A DNA stretch of 32,000 bases, from NCBI RefSeq assembly GCF_009617975.1, contig NZ_CP040089.1:510001-542000 (forward strand), written 5' to 3'. Positions within the stretch are counted from its first letter, which is position 1. The number at the start of each line of letters is the position of its first letter. Below, piece by piece: positions 26,682-32,000 of the stretch. The notes under the pieces are model-generated. The model was not told the origin of the DNA. It was given only the letters and a program-made list of their open reading frames with translations, and ran no database searches. Both the position numbers and the translations under genes were made by a program. The stretch comes from Candidatus Nanohalobium constans (GTDB taxonomy: Archaea; Nanohalarchaeota; Nanosalinia; Nanosalinales; Nanosalinaceae).

Positions 26682-27035
26682 ATGGGAAAGGATGAGTTTT
26701 TCAGTGAGGTTGTTTTGGATGAGGATGTTCCAATTCAGATAGGTTATAAGTTGGAAGGCAGAGATATAGAGATTTTGAGCCATGAAAGTAGCGCTTCTGA
26801 CAAAGAAGTCCTGAGTTTTGCTGTGGAGAGTGAAGCTCCACTACTGACTAAAGATGAGGATTTCAGGGAGAGAAACGAAGAGTTTGAGCATTTTGGTATT
26901 TTGATTGATAATCAGATGCACTTGCGTGACTGGAATCTAGTTGCTGATACAATTGAGAAGATATTGGAGAATATTCCGAAAGAAGATTTGAGGGATAATG
27001 TCTGGAGAGTATCAGATTACTATGGAGTATTTTAA
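26682..27035 (+). CDS. DUF5615-family (PIN-like/Mut7-C-like) putative toxin
   Basis: VVLDEDVPIQIGYKLEGRDIEIL...ASDKEVLSFAVESEAPLLTKDEDFRE...EHFGILI matches the DUF5615 pattern (LDEnxP ... sDxEvLxxA ... llTxDxDF ... GvI). Confidence 0.7.
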   Translation: MGKDEFFSEVVLDEDVPIQIGYKLEGRDIEILSHESSASDKEVLSFAVESEAPLLTKDEDFRERNEEFEHFGILIDNQMHLRDWNLVADTIEKILENIPKEDLRDNVWRVSDYYGVF

Positions 27036-27250
27036 GCTATAGCAGCTGCCTTATCTTTGTCCTGTTCCTCCATGTATTCTACTGCTGTTTCTACATCTTT
27101 AGGAGTAATACTTGGATACTGTTCGGCAATTTCCTCGAAAGACATGTCTCTGAGTGTGTAGAGCTCATAGAGCGTCTTTGCTCCTATCCTTGTTCCCTGA
27201 ACTCTTGGTTTGCCATGAAGCGTATCCTCTGTTTCGACAATCCCAGTCAT
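27032..27250 (-). CDS. DUF433-domain protein (putative antitoxin/HTH)
   Basis: LHGKPRVQGTRIGAKTLYELYTLRDMSFEEIAEQYPSITPKDVETAVEYM is the DUF433 signature (GKPxIxGTRIxV...IxxxYPxLTxxDIxxAlxY). I prefer the ATG at 27250; the track uses the TTG at 27256. Confidence 0.8.
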   Translation of the reverse strand: MTGIVETEDTLHGKPRVQGTRIGAKTLYELYTLRDMSFEEIAEQYPSITPKDVETAVEYMEEQDKDKAAAIA

Positions 27251-27362
27251 AATCAAGTCTTCTTCCTGAATTGTTTTATCTGTTATGGTATTCTTCTAGC
27301 ATTTTAGGACATTACAGTTAAAATATTTCAGAAAATGATGCCGCACAGTAACAAAAAGAGAG

Positions 27363-27445
27363 ATGCGGGGGACAGGATTCGAACCTGCGAACGGCTAACC
27401 GACTGGCTCCTAAAGCCAGCGCCTTTGACCACTTGGCTACCCCCG
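27363..27445 (-). tRNA. tRNA-Leu (anticodon UAG), class II with a long variable arm, CCA not encoded
   Basis: The reverse complement is GCGGGGGTAGCCAAGTGGTCAAAGGCGCTGGCTTTAGGAGCCAGTCGGTTAGCCGTTCGCAGGTTCGAATCCTGTCCCCCGCA. Anticodon stem CTGGC/GCCAG with loop TTTAGGA. T loop TTCGAAT. Confidence 0.92.
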
Positions 27446-27572
27446 CTCAAGTCTTGGTTGTGTATAGGTTTTGAGGGGTTAAGCTTTTTTATTGGGTTTG
27501 TTCTCTCATCATTTTTTGGGAAGAGAATTTAAGACTGATTTGTTGATTCTTGTTTGGGGAGTAGTATTTTTG

Positions 27573-28211
27573 ATGGATTTCAAGGGTTTTAGTGTTGAGT
27601 GGGAGGGTCATGCTTCTATGCATGTAAGTGATAATGGTTTTACTGTGGCTGTTGATCCTTTCTCAAAGGTTGATACTGATTTTACTGCTGATATTGTTTT
27701 GATCACTCATTCTGATGCTGGGCATTATGATGAGGAGGCTTTGGAGAGTGTTATGTCGGATAGGACTGTTTTTGTGTGTCCTGAGTCGATGGAAGGTCTT
27801 CCTTTTCGTGATACCGAGTTTTTGAAGGAGGGTGAGCATATTGATATTTACAGTGTGGAGATTGAGGCTGTTCCGATGTATAATGAGCATCATACTCGTG
27901 GGAGCGGTGTTGGTTATCGTTTTGTGTTAGACGGTACTAGTTTCTATGTTGCTGGTGATACCGGTTTGACTGATGAGATGCGTAGCTTGGAGAAAAGGGT
28001 TGACTTGGCGTTCCTTCCTATTGAGGGAGAGTATACTATGGATGTCGATGATGCTGTCCAGGCTGCTGTAAGGATCAAGCCTCAGATGGTTGTACCTTAT
28101 CATTATGGTGAGCCATTCTTTCCGGGAAAGGGACCTGAGGCAAAGGAGTTTCGCGCCGAGTTAACCGATAGAAATATTGAATGCAAGATTCTAAGAGAAG
28201 AAGAGAAATAA
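27573..28211 (+). CDS. MBL-fold metal-dependent hydrolase (UPF0173-like)
   Basis: VLITHSDAGHYDEE (an HxDxxH variant), AGDTG and VPYHYG, with a length of about 210 aa. Start set at ATG 27573; the track's upstream extension overlaps the tRNA promoter region. Confidence 0.7.
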   Translation: MDFKGFSVEWEGHASMHVSDNGFTVAVDPFSKVDTDFTADIVLITHSDAGHYDEEALESVMSDRTVFVCPESMEGLPFRDTEFLKEGEHIDIYSVEIEAVPMYNEHHTRGSGVGYRFVLDGTSFYVAGDTGLTDEMRSLEKRVDLAFLPIEGEYTMDVDDAVQAAVRIKPQMVVPYHYGEPFFPGKGPEAKEFRAELTDRNIECKILREEEK

Positions 28212-28220
28212 GACCTGTTT

Positions 28221-28685
28221 TTAGAACTCGAGACCTATCATTGAAGCCAGGTTGCCAAGCGTCTCAAAAATAGTTACCTTAAGCCCTGCTCCAATACTGT
28301 TTGTCTCATAGCTTATATTTTCCTCATCAAGCTGTTCTCTAAGCTCTTTGTAAGGTTTCTCAGATTCCACAACCGAGCTTACAGCACCATCAGTCACATT
28401 TACCTCCAGAGTGTAGTCATCAAAACCTTGACGGGAAATATTCTGAATCTCCACGCCACTGAACTTGGCTCCAAGCGTTTCAGAAGAATTATTTGACTTG
28501 AAATTAATGTTTACTGTTTCACCGCCAACTATATCTCCTACAAAGCCAGGAACTTGTTCAGTCTGATTGTTGTATGTTTCTTTAAACTCCTGTAGACCTG
28601 AATCCGAGTCCGGGACTGATTGAGCGGATACAACTGCTGAAAATGCAAGAAGGGTTAGAAGCACAACTGTTCGTTTCATACACAC
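28221..28685 (-). CDS. Small secreted protein with a signal peptide and multiple sequons
   Basis: MKRTVVLLTLLAFSAVVSAQS looks like a signal peptide. Sequons include NQT, NSS, NIS, NVT and NIS. No known domain. Confidence 0.55.
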   Translation of the reverse strand: MCMKRTVVLLTLLAFSAVVSAQSVPDSDSGLQEFKETYNNQTEQVPGFVGDIVGGETVNINFKSNNSSETLGAKFSGVEIQNISRQGFDDYTLEVNVTDGAVSSVVESEKPYKELREQLDEENISYETNSIGAGLKVTIFETLGNLASMIGLEF

Positions 28686-28719
28686 TTTTTCTAGTGCAGC
28701 AGTTAAAACCCTTTACATT

Positions 28720-30450
28720 CTACTTAACTGTGACGCTCTTCGCCAGGTTCCGCGGCTTATCAGGATCATTACCCTTCTTCACCGAAGTCAGGTACGCGAT
28801 CATCTGGAAAGGCACAATCTCCAAGATTTCACTGTTAGGATCCTTCGGAATCTCAATAAAGAATCTGAACTTGTCAACTGGTTCTGAACCTACTCCGATT
28901 ATATCAGCGCCCCTACTCTTTGCCTCCAATGTATTGGAAATAGCGTCCTCGTAACCCGTATCCTTCAAGAAGCTGATAACCGGTACTCCTTCCTCAATAA
29001 GCGCCAGATTACCGTGCTTAAACTCTCCACCCGGGAAACCTTCAACATGGATGTAGGATAGCTCTTTCAGTTTCAAGGCTGCTTCCTGCGCCATCTCATG
29101 ACCTTTATCTCTACCGATGGTGAAGACATGATTTTTCTCCTGAAGATAAGAACTGATATCATCCATCAACCCCTCATTCTTCCTCAACACTTCATCAAGT
29201 TTCTCTGCTGTTTCTAGTATACTTCTTCTGCCTTCCTCGAGTTCATCTTGAAGGGCGTACTGTACAAGTTTGAGTACCGCTATCTGAGCTGTAAATGCTT
29301 TTGTGGATGCTACTCCAATCTCCGGTCCTGCATTGACGAATAGTGTATGTTCTGATTGCCTTGCGAGTGTCGAGCCTACTACATTGACGACTGCCAGTGT
29401 CGGTGCTGGAGAATCATCGAGCGTTGAGAGCAGGTCAGCTGTCTCCCCAGACTGGCTGACAGCAATCACCAGATCATCTTCATTTATCTCATCTGTCCTG
29501 TACTCCAGTTCGTGGCTTTGTTCTGTGACTACCTCTACATCGGCTTCTCTCAGGTATTTGGCTCCTAGACTTGCTGCAAAGCTGGCTGTTCCACAACCAG
29601 TCAAGTATACTGTTTCTGCATCTTCTACCATCTTAACTGCTTCCTTCATATCCGTCTCATCCTGGAAAGCTGCTTTTTTGACAGTTTGAGGCTGTTCCTT
29701 GATTTCTTTCTCCATGAAGTGCTCGTGTCCTTCTTTACACGCTTCTTCTGCATCCCAGTCAACCTTTCTAGGCTCTCTGTCCACTTCTTCACCGTTCTGG
29801 AAGATTTGGTAGTCTCCATTCAATGTGATTACTTCACCGTCTTCTAGAAAAATGGCTTCGTCTGTGTGTTCGAGGAATGGTGTTACATCGGAGGCCAGGA
29901 AGAATTCTTCGTCTGCAACCCCTAGTGCGAGTGGTGATTCATTTTTGAATGCTACTAGTTCTCCTGTGTCGAGTACTGCTACTACTGCGTAGCTTCCTTC
30001 TATAGTATCTGCGACATTCTGTGCTGCTTCATGCAGCGGTTTTTCATCTTCGAGTTGTTCTTCGAGAAGGTGTGGTATTACTTCTGTATCTGTTTCGGAC
30101 TTGAATTCGTGTCCTCTGTTTTCTAGTTTTTCTTTGAGTTCCTCGTAGTTGTTTATTATTCCGTTGTGGACTACTGCGATGTCTCCTGTACAGTCTCTGT
30201 GTGGGTGTGCGTTTGTGTCGTTTACTCCACCGTGTGTGGCCCATCTTGTGTGTCCTACTCCGGATGTGCCGTCTTTTTTCTCTGGTGATACATCGTCGAT
30301 TGTTCCTTCTCCTTTTTCTACTTTAACTGTCGGGTTTCCTGCTGTGGCGATACCTGCTGAGTCGTAGCCACGGTATTCAAGTTTCTTCAGTCCTCTGTAT
30401 ACTATCTCGGACGCTTTTCTGTCTCCATTGTATCCGACAATTCCGCACAT
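28720..30450 (-). CDS. glmS: Glutamine--fructose-6-phosphate aminotransferase (isomerising)
   Basis: N-terminal MCGIVGY (catalytic Cys after Met), GHTRWATHG, two SIS domains (SQSGETADL), and C-terminal KPRNLAKSVTV. Start set at ATG 30450. Confidence 0.92.
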   Translation of the reverse strand: MCGIVGYNGDRKASEIVYRGLKKLEYRGYDSAGIATAGNPTVKVEKGEGTIDDVSPEKKDGTSGVGHTRWATHGGVNDTNAHPHRDCTGDIAVVHNGIINNYEELKEKLENRGHEFKSETDTEVIPHLLEEQLEDEKPLHEAAQNVADTIEGSYAVVAVLDTGELVAFKNESPLALGVADEEFFLASDVTPFLEHTDEAIFLEDGEVITLNGDYQIFQNGEEVDREPRKVDWDAEEACKEGHEHFMEKEIKEQPQTVKKAAFQDETDMKEAVKMVEDAETVYLTGCGTASFAASLGAKYLREADVEVVTEQSHELEYRTDEINEDDLVIAVSQSGETADLLSTLDDSPAPTLAVVNVVGSTLARQSEHTLFVNAGPEIGVASTKAFTAQIAVLKLVQYALQDELEEGRRSILETAEKLDEVLRKNEGLMDDISSYLQEKNHVFTIGRDKGHEMAQEAALKLKELSYIHVEGFPGGEFKHGNLALIEEGVPVISFLKDTGYEDAISNTLEAKSRGADIIGVGSEPVDKFRFFIEIPKDPNSEILEIVPFQMIAYLTSVKKGNDPDKPRNLAKSVTVK

Positions 30451-30589
30451 AACAATCATCTATGAGGAGTCCAATCTGTTTAAAAACCTGAAGTAGTATA
30501 GAAAACTGGTGAAAAAAGTTTTTGACTGCTACCTGTTTTCCTGACACGGAGCCCTTCACAGCAGTTCTCAGCGAGACATTCCAAAGGAA

Positions 30590-30598
30590 TTTATAAAT
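30590..30598 (+). promoter_or_regulatory. TATA-like box (TTTATAAAT) for the 30613/30619 gene
   Basis: About 25 nt upstream of the ATG at 30619, consistent with leaderless-type spacing. Confidence 0.35.
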
Positions 30599-30618
30599 CC
30601 AGTCAAAAATATTTGACA

Positions 30619-31536
30619 ATGGTTGATTTTGTCCGAGACGAAAACCTGATAGAAGCTGGAGAGCTGACGGAGAAAGAGCTCGAAGCACTTAACTCAGAGA
30701 TCAGGGTTGAAGTACTCCGGAACCTCAGCGAGAAACCTTCTTATCCTTCAGCGCTTTCAGACAGCTTCGACTGCAGTAAACAGAAGATGTACTACCACTT
30801 CGAGAAACTGGAAGACGCAGGTCTGATAGAGGTTGAAAGAAAAGAGGAGAAATCCGGGGGAGAAGCAACATACTACAGGCCAACACAGAAAGGATTCGTA
30901 CTGGACCTCGGCGGAAAAGGAGAAAGTTTCCCCATGCCAGAACACAGTGAAGAAGTATCCAGCTTCTTGAAACCATTAATCAAAGACTCAGAGCTGAATG
31001 GTTCTATCGTAGTTGGCTCAGCAGAGCAGCACGGACCAGACCAGGTACAGGCACTGGACGGACATCTAGCCGGAGAGATAGCGTTCAAACTTGGAAACTA
31101 CTCCAGGACAGAAAACCCGGTTGTCAAGCTTGATACAGAGGTAGTAGGGGAAGAGGACTGGGAGGAGAACATGTTGATACTGGGAGGCGTGCTGACGAAT
31201 GTGGTTGCCAAAGAGTTCAACGAAAGCTTTCCTGCCTTCTTCCCAAGCGAGGAATTTCCTTACAGAAAGCTGGAGACTCCTGAGGACAGCTACAGTGATG
31301 GAGGGATCGGTGTGATTGCTAAGACATCCAATCCTGAGGACAGGGAGAAGAAGATATTTCTGGTAGCTGGAGTGCAGAATAAAGGGACTAAAGCCGCTGT
31401 CAAGGCGTTCCAGGATCTTGAAGAAGTTGTTGAAGACTATTCAGCAGGCCAGTTCTACGCCGTGGTCAGAGGATTGGATTTAAACAGCGACGGCGAGATA
31501 GATAGTTACAAGGTGATCGAAACCAGTGAACAGTGA
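30619..31536 (+). CDS. ArsR-like winged-helix protein with a roughly 200-aa uncharacterised C-terminal domain
   Basis: IRVEVLRNLSEKPSYPSALSDSFDCSKQKMYYHFEKLEDAGLIEVERKEEKSGGEATYYRPT is an ArsR/SmtB-type wHTH. The C-terminal domain is not recognised. The start is either ATG 30619 or TTG 30613. Confidence 0.6.
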   Translation: MVDFVRDENLIEAGELTEKELEALNSEIRVEVLRNLSEKPSYPSALSDSFDCSKQKMYYHFEKLEDAGLIEVERKEEKSGGEATYYRPTQKGFVLDLGGKGESFPMPEHSEEVSSFLKPLIKDSELNGSIVVGSAEQHGPDQVQALDGHLAGEIAFKLGNYSRTENPVVKLDTEVVGEEDWEENMLILGGVLTNVVAKEFNESFPAFFPSEEFPYRKLETPEDSYSDGGIGVIAKTSNPEDREKKIFLVAGVQNKGTKAAVKAFQDLEEVVEDYSAGQFYAVVRGLDLNSDGEIDSYKVIETSEQ

Positions 31537-31547
31537 GGCAGATAGAA

Positions 31548-32000
31548 ATGGGTAGAGACTGGAAGGTATTTCAGACCGATGTCCTTGACCTTCTCAGACA
31601 GTACGAAGGATACATGGACTTCTTCGAGAGAGTGGGCAGTCTCAGCGACAACTCACGACCAGACGCATTCGCCAGGATCACCAGGAAAGACAAGAAAGAA
31701 ATATGGATATTGGATGCCAAGAACAAAAGCGAGATTGGGGAAGAAGACGAGAAAAGGATGAAGAAATACATCGAACAGATCAAATCCAACCCTGTCGATG
31801 TCGGATTAGAACTATCAGAACTTACCGATCACGAAGTTAAGGGCATCTTTATCACTCCAGGAAAAGCTGAGAGCCAGTACGAAACAGTAGAGTTCAAAGG
31901 ACTCCACCAGTTCCTGCAAAAAGAACTAATCTATACTGACACTGATAAAATCGTCCGAGATGTCGCGAAGATGGTGAAGAGAAAGAAACTGAGCCAGAGC
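31548..32000 (+). CDS. Restriction-endonuclease-like (PD-(D/E)XK, Mrr-cat-like) protein, 3' end outside the window; absent from the ORF track
   Basis: Manual translation from ATG 31548 is open to the window end (151 codons): MGRDWKVFQTDVLDLLRQYEGY...SRPDAFARITRKDKKEIWILDAKNKSEI... This contains PD...(20 aa)...D-A-K. It starts 11 nt after the wHTH gene's stop. Confidence 0.55.
   Translation, partial: MGRDWKVFQTDVLDLLRQYEGYMDFFERVGSLSDNSRPDAFARITRKDKKEIWILDAKNKSEIGEEDEKRMKKYIEQIKSNPVDVGLELSELTDHEVKGIFITPGKAESQYETVEFKGLHQFLQKELIYTDTDKIVRDVAKMVKRKKLSQS

Noticed and set aside
27257-27500. Integrase or att-site evidence for integration at tRNA-Leu
   Set aside because: No integrase or recombinase gene is present in the window. 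I could not spot a second copy of the tRNA 3' end by eye. Mobility of the island remains unproven.
27335-27532. 65-aa ORF overlapping the tRNA-Leu locus
   Set aside because: It is antisense to a well-folding tRNA-Leu(UAG) gene, so it is not coding.
30451-30612. glmS ribozyme upstream of glmS
   Set aside because: The context is archaeal. A TATA-like element (TTTTTAAAC on the minus strand) lies only about 30 nt upstream of the ATG, which leaves no room for a ribozyme of about 170 nt. No conserved glmS ribozyme core was recognised.

Overview
This window is AT-rich and gene-dense, with about 40 genes, short spacers and several 4-nt stop/stop or stop/start overlaps. Gene content points to an archaeon: ribosomal protein L40e, a Ygr210/YchF-type GTPase, TATA-like boxes 25-30 nt upstream of start codons, and two tRNAs without encoded CCA. 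The predicted proteins are strikingly D/E-rich. Low GC plus an acidic proteome suggests a salt-in halophile such as a nanohaloarchaeon or other DPANN lineage; this is inference and was not computed. Recognisable housekeeping genes are hisS, glmS, uppP, beta-carbonic anhydrase, aldo/keto reductase, UspA, a cold-shock protein, a BdbC/DsbB-type disulfide oxidoreductase, a Na/Pi-cotransporter-like permease, a DUF457 membrane hydrolase, tRNA-Thr(GGU) and tRNA-Leu(UAG). The accessory or defence-like content falls into five groups. (1) An AddB-like PD-(D/E)XK nuclease (5' truncated by the window edge) and a UvrD-family helicase are separated by an antisense RelE/antitoxin cassette. (2) An HNH endonuclease carries a hydrophobic N-terminal extension. 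(3) A roughly 6-kb island next to tRNA-Leu holds a 1363-aa single-chain type IIG restriction-modification enzyme, a wHTH-fused minimal nucleotidyltransferase plus HEPN pair, and a convergently arranged DUF5615 (PIN-like)/DUF433 pair. (4) A wHTH protein plus a PD-(D/E)XK nuclease gene run off the 3' edge. (5) A GC-rich multi-helix element at 17577-17657 is a candidate structured ncRNA. No CRISPR array, integrase, transposase or rRNA was seen. I found no clearly novel multi-gene system; the best candidates for follow-up are the tRNA-Leu-adjacent island, the GC-rich RNA element, and several orphan acidic proteins flanked by wHTH genes. Many long antisense ORFs in the supplied track are artefacts of purine-rich (GAA/GAT/AAA) coding strands.
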